Origin: Phyllobates terribilis
Taxonomy: Eukaryota
Direction of reading: 5' to 3'
Assembly: GCF_046119375.1 (NCBI RefSeq)
Contig: NW_027362761.1
Coordinates: 350,300,001-350,364,000 of the forward strand
Length of the DNA: 64,000 nucleotides
Program-made: the position numbers and the translations under genes
Part shown: positions 23,230 through 37,138 of the stretch, one piece after another
Numbering within the stretch: the first letter of the stretch is position 1
How the letters are laid out: every line of letters begins with the position of its first letter
Notes under the pieces: generated by a model
Seen by the model: only the letters and a program-made list of their open reading frames with translations
Told to the model about the DNA's origin: nothing
Databases searched by the model: none

Positions 23230-23977
23230 TAAGGCCTTCAAAGGGGTGGAGCCGAAAATGGACCGTGCTGTGAACAGGATATGAGATCGACGGTAACTAA
23301 TCGGACATCCAGCATACCCATTAATCAGCTAAAAACTGCTGCAGTCGTTTACAGAACCAAGTGATGTACAGGCGGACCACAGCAGCCGCGCACAGTGCTT
23401 AGTGGTGGCAGCTGTTTACTGCGTTTTATCTCCTATTGAAGTGAATTTATTGCAGTACTAGGCAGCGGCCAGTAAGAAATCCACTGAGCAATCCTGCAGT
23501 GTTCCGCCTGTACGTCAATTCGTTTAGGCCGCTGCCAGTGCAGTTTTAGGTCAATATGTGGGTATGTCGGACACCCACAAATCTCATATTAAAATAAGTT
23601 ATCAGTTGTTAAGTTCTGGACAACACGTTTAACAGGCATGTCTCTCCAGAAGCACAAGCTGGCCACTATGTATTTGGCACTAAAATGGCATATTTGCAAT
23701 ATTAATTATGCAGCATCCATTGCACATTATCTTCTAGAAAACTACCCCAAAAGCAATATATTCACTACATCTGTTGATGAATTCCATAAGTACAATTTGC
23801 AAAACAGTATTTTAGGGGAATTGCAAATGGCATCCATAGTACTCTAGTCTTTGCCCCAAAAGTTGTCTTCTCTTCTGAGCCCTGCTATGTGCCCAGTAGT
23901 ATAGGCAGGTGCCTCTAATTAAACCCGGCAGAGCTAGGATTTAACCCTGTCCTTCCCAGCTTTCCTACAGTACTTAA

Positions 23978-24405
23978 AGCAACACTCCAGCGTTTTTTTT
24001 GTTTTTTTTCAGTGCTGGAGTAGTGCTTTAAATGTAAGCTCCCTGCCCTCTGGTCACATACTCACGTCTTCACAGTTTTTCCGGTGCCGCTCCGGTCCCC
24101 CTGCGCCATCTTGTGAGCGCAGCTTCTGACTGACCGGAAATCAGAAGTTACGTCACAAGAGCGCAATGCAAGTCGATGAGAGCCAGAACGAGGCCAGAAC
24201 AAGGCTCTCATAGACTTTTATTGTAAAGTGACCTCCGCGCAGCTCTATGAAACATTGGATCTGCGGGCAGGTCACTTTTCGCCGGAGACCAACGAGAGCG
24301 GCAGCGAAAACGCCGGAAAGAGAGTTTGAGACAGGGGGCAGGGGAATTAAATTTAAAGCCCCACTCCAGTAGTGCAATAAAAAAAAACATGCTGGGAGTG
24401 GTGCT
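23978..24405. mobile_element. TTAA-targeting MITE (T2/Kolobok type)
   Basis: TTAA / AGCAACACTCCAGC ... GCTGGGAGTGGTGCT / TTAA, with a palindromic interior. Confidence 0.75.
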
Positions 24406-24499
24406 TTAAACTTTACTTTTTACATTGCTCCATGCAAAATACTCAAGATGATCATAGCAGATTATTTTAACAAGTCTCAGCAGCTGGATTCCTATAGAT

Positions 24500-24671
24500 C
24501 AGTGTTTCCCAAACTCCAGTCCTCACGCCCCCTCAGCAAATCATGCCCACAGGACTTCCTTAATATTAAAAAAGGTAATTGAATCATTAAGGCATCAGAA
24601 ATTGCACATTAAAGAAATCCTGAAAACAAGATTTTGGGGGTGCTGCGATGATTGGAGTTTTGGAAACACTG
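24500..24671. mobile_element. Short hAT (Charlie-type) MITE
   Basis: TIRs CAGTGTTTCCCAAACTCCA / TGGAGTTTTGGAAACACTG; TSD CTATAGAT vs CTCTAGAG (NTCTAGAN-like target). Confidence 0.75.
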
Positions 24672-26022
24672 CTCTAGAGTCAGCTACACAGCACTGCACT
24701 GTGAGGCCAGGTTTCATACATCCTTGATGTTTGGATAGAACAACCAGGCCAACCACCAGGCCCAACTGTGTCATAAGCATATAAGAGGCAGTTAGCTCAG
24801 CTGGCGAGACCCCGGGCAGTGTCTTCCGATCCAAGCACAACCAGTGTTTCATAAATGTGTAAAACCAATTCACTTATCAAATCTGCTAAAATTCCACAAG
24901 AAAATCTAGTTAATGGGATACTTTATACCACATTCACATGCTTTAGAAAAGATCTGTGCAAATTTTTGACAGTGAGAAGACTGAGCTTGTTCATTCTTCT
25001 CAGGTTTTGCATGGAAGGCAGCGGATTAATTCTATTGAATGTCAATGGGGCCAATGGTCATGCAGATCTGTGCGCACAACGGCTGCGGAGTATAGCCGCA
25101 CATTGCTGCCATAGATCCTCTTGACCATTGGTTGAGTCATAGACAAATACTGAACAAGTCTGCATAACCTATATTATATATATATATGCCATTATCACCA
25201 AATAATAGGTCTGACATTTGGTTTTTCACAAAAGTGATTTATTAAATACCATTTTTATTGTAAAGTCTCCCACTACAGCAAATAGATTCATTGATAGAAC
25301 ATAACGAATGGGAAATATTCTATTTAAAAATAGATTTCCATAGTACAGCAATAAACCTAGAATTTCACCCAAGGATTACAAGGAAACACACATGATTACT
25401 GGTATATATACACATATAGAATGTTAAGAAACGTAGAAAAGAACATGATGTTAGATAATGTGCATGTGCGCAACTGCCAATACTTTGTCAAATACTCTTA
25501 GGAAGTGTAACCACACACAGATATTGGATTTTACAGTCACGGCGGTAACAGTAGCCATTTAGTACAATACAGTCAGATTACCATAAACAATTAATACAAG
25601 TACCAAACCACCACGGTTGTCTTTAATGAGTTGATTACAGCTGAACATTGATAAAATTCTCTGTGAACAAGCAGGAGCAAAAAAAAAAGTCAATCTCTAG
25701 TTTTATAAAAAAATAAATTAAATGACTATATATTTTTGCTAAATTGAAGCTCATTTTAAGAAAGTTTTTTTTTTCTTCTTCTTCCCTGAAACAGTGCCAC
25801 CCTTGCTAAAGGGCTGTGTATGCTATTGCAGTCCATCAATATTCTAGTGAATGCCACGGGACAAGAGTGGTTCCGCTTTGGGAGGAAGGAAAATAATATA
25901 TAATGTTGAATAAACCTTTTAATTTGGGAACATTAGGTTATTTTCTGCTATAATATGCGCAACTGAGGGTCTACAATAGTGTGTCAGGTGATTTGCTTCT
26001 GAAAATAGCTCACATAGCTTAA

Positions 26023-26503
26023 AGGGTATCTGTCGGCAGGATTTAAACCCCTCCACCCCCCCAACTATTTATATGCGCATGTAACTCTTTCAAATACAAG
26101 TCCAGCAATACCTTTATATAGACAGCCTGTTCCTCGATTCCTGAGAAATCAGTGTTTGAATTTATATGCAAATGAGGCTTAAGAGCTATGGTAGATCTGA
26201 AGCCTCTGTCACTCCAGCTCTATTCCCCACCCAGCATCACCTGCTCCTGCTTGACTCTTTGGCCTGAAGACACACAGCATAGCGACAGTCAGTCAAGTAA
26301 GAGAATGCAAGGCTGGGTGGAGTGACAGAGGTTTCAGATCTACAAATAGCTCTTAAGCCTCATTTGCATATATATTCAAACACGGATTTCTTAGTAATGG
26401 AGGAACGGACTGGTCATACAAAAGTATTGCTGGATTTGTCTTTGAAAGGGCTACATACACATATAAATAGTTTAGGGAGTGAAATTCTGCTGTCAGACTC
26501 CCT
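26023..26503. mobile_element. TTAA-targeting MITE (T2/Kolobok type)
   Basis: TTAA / AGGGTATCTGTCGGCAG ... CTGCTGTCAGACTCCCT / TTAA. Confidence 0.8.
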
Positions 26504-29034
26504 TTAAGTGAGAATGTTATTCATTTTTATAAGCACATAGACATTTATATAGCATCAGTAAATCTTTTGCCACTGTTTGCTTTGCTGGTAGAACTGCATG
26601 TCATCCATGCATTGTTTGAACCCGTATAGGTATACACAGATACCCATCTTAGTCAGTATACTACTATGGCAAATGGAGTCAGCAGTACTAAAACTCTACA
26701 TACAATTATGCTGGTAAACATAGCTAAAAGCATCTCTAAAAGATGGACGTCGAAGATAAAAGATCTCTCTATACTAATTTACTTATTTGGTTTAAAATAA
26801 TGTCTTCATTGGAAGAGGGTATGAGCTGCCACCAGTGGGTTACTCTGAGATTCATGAGAATAAACCTACCATAAAAATATACCCCTCCTCCACTAACATC
26901 AGCAGAAGGTCTCTAGAAATTAGAAGTACTAAAGAAAACCTTTGTTATATATACACTGTTGACAAGACGTGTGTACACTCTTAACCCACGACCAAAGCCA
27001 CGGAAGAAACCCAAATCCAGCAAGGACTCGGGCCATTCAGAAGGCGGACAGAAGAAACTACTGTGAGCATGCCGCAGATCCCTGTACAAGCTCCCACTTA
27101 TCAATATTAGAAAATAAGGGTTTTTCCACGACATATATCCTGTGGCTAGATGAGAAATGTATGATCATGGGGGGACCACAGGGGGTGTGTGTCCAAGGCT
27201 CTATTTGCTTCTTTGTAAAAGATAACCATTCTGACCATCCCATTGAAGTGAATGGAGCTGTGGACACTTCTCAGTTTATTTAGTAGTAAAGACCCTTTAA
27301 TGAATATAATCAAAGACTTATTCCAACGTCCGCACAATATTCTAAATAAGCATTCACATTAGAAAGCTGCTCCAACGCATTTAAAGAGGTCCTCCTCAAG
27401 TCCTCTGTGCTGCAGTCTCCGAACTCCTTTATCCAGCTATTAAGTCATATTAAAAACAGTTGCCATTGTTCTAAAAAAATAAAAGTAACGCTAATCACGT
27501 GTTCTCTGCCCCAGTGATGACGGCCTTTGTTTACATGCTGATGGCACATGACCGCTGCAACTAATCAGCGATCACATGTCATACTATTGACATGTTTTTA
27601 TCGCTAAGTGGCGATGCCAGTAGACCAGGAGCATTGCCAGAGGGTCAACGTGGATTGCTGGACAAGAGAGACTAGGCGAGTAGTGTTACTTGAATTATTT
27701 TAGAACCCTTATAACTTCTAATGACATTGCAGGGTTTCCTTTTGCCATGAAGATTACAGCATTACAGGTAAGAACTATAAGGGAGATATGGCATTTCCTA
27801 AATTATCTTCTAATACTTCTAAGCCATACACCTACAGATAATACTGACTAGCTATATATGTACAACCTTACAATTATGCACAAAGACGCAATTTGGTGTA
27901 TTGCAAAACTCTAAAAAAACAAAAAAAAAATCAAAAACAAACAGAAGCATAGGCTAAATCTTAATATATTGCGACCCCTGCCCTAATATATGCATATCAG
28001 TGCAAAATCCTTATTAGTGCAGAGCTTGCACTTCTTATCGAATCTAATCTAATCTATAACACTCATCAGTAAGCAGAGGTTATACACAGTTCACATTTCA
28101 GCAGCAAAGGGACACAAAAGACCAAAGCACTAAGAAAAAAAAAAATTATATATATATATATATATACTTGCTAGCGCTAGGTTTCCATGGAGCAATCAGT
28201 ATATTAAGTAAATTCTACATTTCCATAAAAATATATCCCAAGCTAGTATGTATATAATGACCACATGATGGTACTTCTAAAGTTTCGTACTGAAAAACTT
28301 AATGTAACCAAACCTAAAAGAATTCAATGCTAAAAGTACAGCACTTTGCCACTAGAGGGAGTCTGTCTACCAAGACATGAAGAAGGAATAGACCGAAATG
28401 TAAATATATTAAAGAAGTTTTTCAGAATCAGCACATTTGCCTGAAGAGAACACCTCAAATTAGCCTATTCTCACCTAATAAATCCACCACCACCACTGCT
28501 CTGATGGTCCCCACCAGTATTTGTTTTCTTTTCCGGAGCCATGAGGTGCTTTCTACCAATGTGACCACGGCAGTCAATCATTCTACTAAGCATTCTGGTG
28601 TTGTACATTCGAGATCATAGCTATTGACAGTGACTGGCTGTAGTGGTCACATGGGCCGATCGAACATCATCGTAATAGCACAGACTGATAGGGCCAACAG
28701 TGGAAAAACTAGATCAGGAAAGTATAGGTTCGTTTAATTAGGCATTGCCTTCCCTTTGATTTTTTTCTAAATACTGAAAAGCCTTTTGAAAGGGTAATCT
28801 GATGCAAACAAATGATAAATTATCAAATTAGATGTCTCAGCCTTTTGTACGTCATGTAGTGTATTAAAATACTTACCAACCACACAGTCTTCCCAGGTTT
28901 CCAGAGCCGGTACACTTCCCTTCTGGATCATTGTTGCAGTGGGGAAGGTGGTTCGGTTTCCCAATGTAAACCAATGAGATTCAAAACGATGCTCCATACA
29001 CTTACACTAGGAAAGCAAATTCCAGTCCACAGTA

Positions 29035-29917
29035 AGGCTAAGTGCCCACGATGCAGAAATGCTGCAGATTTTTTCCGCATCCCCCTGGCAGCAAAAACGC
29101 ATGCGGATTGTACATGCGGATTGTACATGCGTTTTTCCTGCCAGGGACATGCGGATGTGAAGCGTTCTTCACATGCATTTCCGCATGCGGGTTGACAAGC
29201 GCTTTGAAAGCGATTTTAGCATCACTTGGAAAGTGCTTGATAACTTGGTCACACTATATAAATCCATGCAACCGGCATGGATTTATATAGTGTGACCAAG
29301 TAATAGTTAAAAAAAAAAAGAATACAAATGGTAAAAAATAAAAATTATACTTTCCTTCCGATGGCCCCCGATCTCCTGTATGGCTTGCGGTGGTCTAAAA
29401 AGGACCTTCCATGATGTAATTTAGTCATGTGACAGGTCAAAAGACCGCCGACGTCCGCAGTCGCGTGACCTGTCACATGACTAAATGACGTCACGGAAGG
29501 TCCTTTTAGACTATCGCGAGACGCCAGGACGCACCACAGAGGAGACCGGGGGGACATCAGAAGGTGAGTATAAGGTTTAATTTTTTATTTTTTTTTTTTT
29601 TTACAGGTACTATGGTAGCCGGGTCTGGAGGAGAGTCTCCTCTTCTCCAGACCCATGTACCATCCGCACATTGAATCACTTAATATCCACATGTGCACAC
29701 GTAGTCATGCGGATATTAAGCGATTCAATGCAAGTCAATGGTGACAATTACGCTGCGTGTCTGCAAAAATAATAGACATGCTGCGTATTTTTCCGCAATG
29801 GTAATCCGCAGCATGTGCACAGCACATGCGGATTATCATTGGGGACCAAGTGGCACGTATTACCAAGCGTTTTCGCTGTGGAAATTCCGCGGCAAAAACG
29901 CATAGTGGGCACGCAGC
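29035..29917. mobile_element. MITE with GGCT..GTGCCCACGATGC termini (Harbinger-like)
   Basis: Left GGCTAAGTGCCCACGATGC and right GCATAGTGGGCACGCAGC; internal inverted repeats. Confidence 0.6.
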
Positions 29918-32608
29918 TTTAGCCCCTTTATAAGCAGACTAGTCTGATTACAGGTCAAGCAGGTCAGGAGAGGGCTGAAGTAGTGCTGGAAAGCAGGGAA
30001 GATGGCAATTGGTAAGTATTTTAATACACTTACTCTAGATTATATACATGGTCACACGAGAAGGTGAGTGCTACAACCTACTAAACAGCTGCTGATATGC
30101 CACGCAAGCACTGCAGCCACACAATTTCACACGAGCACCGGGAAACCTGGCGCCGGTGCAGAAGGCTTGTGTATTTTGTTTTCTTTTATATTGGGGACTA
30201 CAGCATTTAAGAATATGTTTGAATATATTTAAGAACATTCAAATGAATCTATCACCAGCAGGAAATACCAGCAGGGGGACAGAATATAAAGCTGCACCCA
30301 AAAGGTGATAGGCGGACAAATGAAAACACCTGTGTTACGTTAGACAGACTGCAGTCAGGATAGCAGAACCCAAACACCCAGAGAAAAGGTGCGTCTCCTG
30401 TGGCCCGGCAGAAAGAGAAGCCGACCACAGAACACAAACTCAAGGGATCCGAATCCAGGCGCACATCAAGGATCTTCCCGGTGGTATATTTTTGCACACC
30501 CAAAATTCATCAGGATGAGTATTTTAATCAGCTGTGTACTTGCCAGTTAAAGCAACAGTTTTCATATCTAGACTATGTATTTCACACTTTCTACTCTACA
30601 TTTTCTTATGTTAGACTATATACAAGGTATGGTGACAGCATCAGTGCTAATCTAATATCCCTGAGTAGTAAATTGTGTACCCGTCTGTAGCAAACAGTGG
30701 TGGCAGCCATGTGAGGGTACAAGAAATCAATACATATGAAGAGAATAAACGTTTCTAGAATGAAGTGCAGTACTGTCACGGATTGTCAATGAGCAAGTCA
30801 GCTGCAATGGTTTTGCCTACAACATGGCTACGCTCTTGGTGCTTAGAAGGGTGCACCATAAACATATAAAGCATTCCCTACATGAATGTAAATAGTGATG
30901 CCAATAATAAGAATAACACATAGGAATACCTTCAAAGTGGCCATACAATTTTACTACCAAGAGTGCCCACTATGTATTCCTCCAAATCTGCCCAGCAGCT
31001 TAATCATTAAGCTTAGTAAGTTCAATCATTGTGCCCTCAGACTATGTTTATGTTCAACATATTTTAAGAATTTAAAGAGGTTTTGTTTTCACTTCTCAAT
31101 TTCATTATCCAGATTAAAAAGTGTATATACATATCCCAAAATCTGATTATTTTCACACTGGTCACTGAGCCTCATAATAATTTGACATTTCCTGCTCTGT
31201 AGAAATCAGTTTTTAGCAGTCATCTTATCACAGGCAGGTTTACAATGACATAACTCTTCTACATAGATTACACAGGATTCACCATTCATAATAGGCAGTT
31301 TTCACAGCTCACCTTCTCCCCCTCCCTACACAGTGACCACTACACAAATAAATTAACATCTCCAGTCTATCATTACCTATGCCATATAGCACAATTCTAA
31401 ATGTTGTTAATGGAGTATTCTGAAGTTTTAAAGTTACCCTCAATCTCCTGGGATAACTTCATCACTGGAGGTCCTCAGCGATCCCAAGAACAGGGGTCTA
31501 AAGAGCTCCACATGAATGGAGAGGTGGTCAGTCATGTGCACCTCCACGGACTGCCGGAAATAGAGCGCAACGCATAGCTGATCTTCAGCTGTTAGAATAA
31601 ATGGAGAGAGTGCGCATGATCGACCTGAGCCCCAGTTCTCAGAATCACTGGGGGCCATGAAGATTAGACCCCCTCAAATGGATAGGGGATAACTTTTAAA
31701 CTTGATTACACCCCTTTACCAAAAGCTCATGATGGCTGCACCTATAAAATACAATAAAATAAATTACAAATATCAGAAAGTAAAATGAAGTAGATAAAAA
31801 AGAAAACAAACAGTATGAAACCAAAGCCAAGGAATTATTTTTGTCCTTAGGGTACACTATTAACAGCAAACTATCACCTCTAAATTCAAGTAGACTAGGA
31901 AGAATACAAAAGTATCTGAAAACAACCCACCCCCATAAATAGCTAATAATGATTCAAAGGGTTAGACAACCAACCTGATTACATCATGTCCATCAACTTT
32001 TCAGATGGGGTCTACCGGTATCTCACAATCATTTTTAGAACACATTTGCGGTCTCTTGTTTAAGGAGGACCTGTTGCCAGGTCAAAAGTGTCTAGTTTTT
32101 GCTCATATTTTATTCCTGTTTTTCTTTGTAAAAATCCACCATACGGGTCCAGAGATATGGTCCATTTTATTTACTGTGTCAAGCATGCAAATTTATATGG
32201 TCTTCAAGGGGACAGGTCCTCCTTAGGTGGAAACAGCCATAAACTTTACAGATCGTAGCTGGACAATTAAATAAAAACATATGGATTTATGACTCTCCAA
32301 TTTATATAGGAAAGTTATGAAGGCGTAAAACAAATATCACTGCCACTACTATCTTAGAACTAAATGACTAAAAACCAGGTCCAGACAAAATATCAACTGC
32401 AACCCATGAATCGACCACACGATTCCTACAAAGTGATGAAAGTATGGATCGTAAAATTTTATACTAAAAATATTACCTGAAACAAGACCAGAAACCTGTA
32501 CAGCACAAAATATTAAAATGGCTTAGTCACTCTGCGTCATCACGAATAACAGAAGAAGAAGTTTCGCCTTTGCAATGTGCACAAAAGTAACGGACTGAAC
32601 ACAACTAG

Positions 32609-32614
32609 TTTATT
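32609..32614 (-). other. bri3bp: Candidate proximal poly(A) signal AATAAA of bri3bp (~2.2-kb 3'UTR)
   Basis: First AATAAA I found downstream of the stop codon on the minus strand; a tandem pair also occurs at 25238-25259. No transcript evidence. Confidence 0.3.
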
Positions 32615-34820
32615 GCCGCTTATCAAACCCTGAGAAAGATCTAAGCAGCAACAGGCGTGGAGATATTAAGCTGCTAAATTTCCAACCAAGTAAAATTTGG
32701 AAAGCAAATTTTAATCCCCTCCCCTACAACCAAAGACAACACATATTAAAAATAACAATACGGTATAAACTTGTCTAATAAAACCCGCTATTCTATAAAG
32801 TGTAGTACAACATAAAGCACAGCGGTAACAGCACGTAGAATTGTCTATGTATATTCTACCCAAGTAATGCACACAACTGTGTACTTAGCACAAACAGAAA
32901 AAAAAAAAAGTAGAAAAACAACAGTAACTACTTCATATTTAAAAATATTATCTTGACCACTATATATGCATCTAAAAAAGCACAAGTCAAAACCGATACA
33001 GATTTTTATACACATAGATATTCTTAGCAGATGCAAGACTTTAGGCAGTGAGCTGCTTTGAAGGATGCACATAAATAACACTTTCTTCCAATACATATTT
33101 TTTAGATTTACTTTCTTCTTGAACCTTAACGCCAATTCCACAGGAGTAGATTTCAGCCAGAACTTCTTGTGCCCGTATTACACTTGTGTGAAATTAGTCT
33201 TGCAACTAGGAAAGGGGAAAACAATCACTTTAGGGTCACTGAGAAATTGGGCTTCCACTCAAGAAAAAAAAATAATCAAGAGTTTAGCTTAGTGCACAAT
33301 TGCATTATTGGGATCCAATCTCTCTTCAGAAGGTGGATCCTATCCAATGAAGAAGACAAACTTCATACCGGTTTCACTGGGATTTCATTGCTTTTCATGG
33401 CAGAACGTCAATACGGTCATAAAAAAATTCTCCTCTAAGCCGGAGGAAGAGGGAAGGGAGAAAAGAGGCCAGAAAGGTAGATTATCGCTATTACACACCA
33501 ATCTCTAGATGTCTAGGTTGTACTATGGACAGGTGATAACTTTTAAAGATGGCAATAACAGACTGGAATCATTCATTTACTTTTTGACGCAGTTTTTTTT
33601 TTTAAGCCAAAGCTAGAAGAGGATTAGAAGGAAATGGGAAATATAAAGAAAGGATGTATAATTCTCATTCCTGCAGGATTCACTTGAAAAAAAAAAACCC
33701 TGTATCAAAAACTAAGTTTCCAGCCTAGGTACTTAAAGAGTTCTGTCACTTTAAGGCTATGCTCAAACAGAGGTTTGTTGTTTTTTTTTTGCTTTTTTTT
33801 TTTGTTTTAGGGCTTTCAAAGATTATGAGGTTTTTCTTTCCAAGCGAAAACCACTGCAGGAGTTGTCCATTTTTGGTTGTTTGTTTTTTTTGTTGTTTTG
33901 GAACATATAGGTTTTTTCAGCCTTTTGATTGGTCAGAGCCTAGTTTGGTACAGATCAAAGCAATGTCTATGTTAAAGAAGTAACATGTACTTTTTTTCTT
34001 TCCAGAAGGCGTTTACAAAAACTCTCCAGGAAAGAAAATGCTTAAAAAAAAAAAAAACACCACACCTCCTCGTATGAACAGCAAATTTGATTTGATTTCC
34101 ATATAAATATAAAGAAATTTCCAAGCATTTTTGAGGCCTTTTTTAGTAGGATCTCCTCCACAAACCTATGTGAAAGCCTAGCCTTAAAAAGTTACTCATT
34201 TAAAAAAAGGAATTATATAATACCCGAATATATTGGTATCAGCTAAATTCATTCTGACACCTTTGAACAACAATGTAAACATATAAGAGAAGGGAATGCA
34301 ATGCAAATTCTTTGCTATGGCGTCTTATGAGGGCCTACAGTGTGTGGAAGGGCACTAAAAAAAATAATTCAGAGGATTCTGAACTCGCCGCAGATGCTCT
34401 GATGTTCAGAGAAAAGAAATTTGGCTAAGGAGTTGAAATTCTACAGTATTTTAGAAAATAACCCTAAAAACAAGTGTCTTGTAGACTTTTGGAAGGCCTA
34501 CAATACATTATAGCAAGGTAGAAAAATCTGCAATTCTACAACTTTATGTAGATTATGCTAGTAGTGGGATTGATACTATCATACAAAAAAAAAAAAGATA
34601 AAAGGGTTTTTTTTGTTTGTTTGTTTTTTTTTTAAATCTGAGCATCTAAGTTGGCAAAATGTTTGTTTTTTTTTGGCCTATCCCGATTAAGATTTTTTTT
34701 TTTTACTACTACAAAGATCAATATTCTGATGACATTGTAGACTCACATCAAACAGCCGGTTTATAAACAAGAGTGCTTTATGTGCTAGAGGGAGCTGGTG
34801 TCATCTACTGGGCATGAGAA

Positions 34821-35251
34821 TTACTGCTCATTGGCTCTATCCAGACTTTCTATAACCCTTGAGAGACGGATATTTAATAGCCTGATCTGATTGTCTAAGT
34901 GATCGATCTTGTCTTCCAGATTGTTGTTGTTGTTGTTGTTGTTATTCCTTCTCCAGTAAACGCCAACTGGCCCCGTCATAAAGTAGATGGCTACAACAAA
35001 ACAAAGAGGCACCACAGCGTGCTCCGGTTCTCCTTCATACTTCTGGAGGATATAAACGCAGGAGAGTGCGAAAAGGCACACTCTGACCAGCCAGAAAAAA
35101 CGTCCAAAGATAATATGTAAAATGTAGAAGAAAAATCCGAGGAAGAGAGAGGCAAACCAGTAGGCCAGGAGAACAGCCACTACCAGCATCAGGACCCGAG
35201 TAGGGTTACTGGCGACTGAAGCTGGACTAAAGTAGTGAGTGAGGTTGGAAG
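34821..35251 (-). CDS. bri3bp: BRI3-binding protein, coding exon 3 (last)
   Basis: Acceptor ttttccag/CT in phase 1. Reads (A)SNLTHYFSPASVASNPTRVLMLVVAVLLAYW...KYEGEPEHAVVPLCFVVAIYFMTGP...EDKIDHLDNQIRLLNIRLSRVIESLDRANEQ*, closely matching vertebrate BRI3BP as I recall it. Confidence 0.96.
34920..34946 (-). repeat. bri3bp: Coding trinucleotide repeat AAT(AAC)7AAT = 9 Asn
   Basis: (GTT)7 flanked by ATT on the plus strand. Confidence 0.97.
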
Positions 35252-35797
35252 CTGGAAAAGAAATACAGAGGAAAAAAAAAAAGTTAGTTTAAAGCATAAG
35301 AAACAAATGTAAATTATTACATTTAAAAAATGCATTTCACAAAAGCCAGTGATTGACTGCAGCGCTCATATTTATGCTATGGAATGTCAATGCTGCAGCA
35401 CATTAACAAGAGATGATGTCCCCAATTACCAATGAGACCACTGCAGCCACAGATGAATCCAGTGATTGGCTACAACGGTCATGTGGGTTGCCATCAGTGC
35501 AGAACAAAAAACCAAGACCGTTTGGGATCGTCCCCGCTGAAACGAGAAGTTATCTTGAAATTTTTTTTACCATTTAATGACATTTTTTTTCCCCATTGCC
35601 AACTTTTTTTTTCATATAATTTTGGAAAACCCTTTTAATGGGTTGTCATTTTACTGTGTTGTAAAATATTCAGTTCTCCGGTTCTCTAATAATGATTGCC
35701 TATCCAAGGCTAGGCTTTCAGCTCCTTCAAGGATCAGATATTTGAAGAGGCTGCAGCGAGTGCCATGTCCTCTTTTTACAGCTCTGCACACTTTTAA

Positions 35798-36192
35798 AAG
35801 GAATCTGTCAGTAGGTTTTTGCTACGTCATCTGAGAGCAACATGGTGTAGGCAGTGACCCTAAATCCAACAATGTATCACTTAGTGTTCTGGGGGCAGCC
35901 GTTCTGACACAGTTTTTAGATGCAGCAAAGATGAGAAAGCTAACCCCATCCACACCAGACTCTCTATGTACAAAGTCAATAGACAGTGAGCTGCTTATCA
36001 CAGGAGGGAGTGGAGACTTGCATGCACTCACTGCTGTAGCTTTGGCAATTCTAATCAACAGGTGATAAAACCTTCATTGTAAGTAAACAACAGCACACAA
36101 CCTGACATGTAACATATAGTTGAAATCTGTTTTAACCCCTTGCTCATGCTGTCCCTCAGATTACATAGCAAAAACCTGCTGATAGTTTCCCT
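35798..36192. mobile_element. TTAA-targeting MITE (T2/Kolobok type), intron 2
   Basis: TTAA / AAGGAATCTGTCAGTAGG ... CCTGCTGATAGTTTCCCT / TTAA. Confidence 0.8.
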
Positions 36193-36668
36193 TTAATGGC
36201 AACGGTACCTGGTTTGCCACTCAGTTCTATTTATTATAAAGCTATAATAAACTAATACTAAGCACAGCAGCGCCAAAAAATACCGAGCTGTGTCTGGTAA
36301 ATAAATAAAGGGGGTTTGGTTTTTGCCAGAGTGCTATGACCCACCACTGATCTAATAATGATGGCCAGTCTAAGGAAAGAAATTAAAATATTCAAGGCAC
36401 CAGATACCTAAACACTCATAGAAACACCAATATGAAGCATTCCAGCCTAAGGACTTTTTCTGGCTTTTGAAAAAGCTTTCTATTGTAGTTTCTGCATGTG
36501 CCAAAAATAAAAGCTACATAGTAGAAGATATATGGTGACATCTATGGACTTATATAGAGGCAATGGTGGAATACCTCTCCAAGGGCACACACAGCAAGTA
36601 GTCCTGGAGATTTTACAGATTCTGTCTTAAGGATAGACCATCAGTTCTAAACAACTGGATAATGTTAA

Positions 36669-37138
36669 ATGGGTTATCCAAGCCCATTTTATTTTTTTCT
36701 TATGGGCCTAAGAACCAATAAGCAGGTAGTTGTTAACCACCTGCCTTTTGTGCCCGGCACCAATCTCTGCCGGCTCAGAGAGGTCAAGGACTGTTCCTGC
36801 AGCTTCCGGTGACGTCACATTGACAAAGCAGCTGCTTCTCTTCCGCTCTGTTGCCATAGCATGACTGCAGATGTCAATGACTGACAGCCGGTACCCCGCT
36901 GCATAACTGTGCCGGAGCCAACTATCAATCAGCATGACTTCTGCAGTCACGCCCTGTCGACCGAGCAGCCGGTAAGAGGAACAGCTGCTCTGGTGATGTG
37001 AAGCAGCAGAATCGCTGGCAGGAGCGGTCAGTGACCGCGCTGAACCGGCGCCGGGTAGAACAGGCAGGTAGTTAGCAACTACATGACTGTCAGTTATTAG
37101 CTGCACGAGAAGAAATTAAATAGTCTCAGATAACTCCT
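36669..37138. mobile_element. TTAA-flanked palindromic MITE, intron 2
   Basis: TTAA / ATGGGTTATCC ... AGATAACTCCT / TTAA, with an inverted internal CAGGTAGTT/AACCACCTG arrangement. Confidence 0.65.

Noticed and set aside
26930-27065. Plus-strand reading KLEVLKKTFVIYTLLTRRVYTLNPRPKPRKKPKSSKDSGHSEGGQKKLL* as an exon or retrocopy
   Set aside because: It looks protein-like, but I cannot match it to a known protein and it has no start codon or convincing acceptor; blastx would settle it.
30250-30500. Purine-rich coding-like patch (PEKRCVSCGP) as a zinc-finger remnant
   Set aside because: Only one CxxC, stops in all frames, and no recognisable family.
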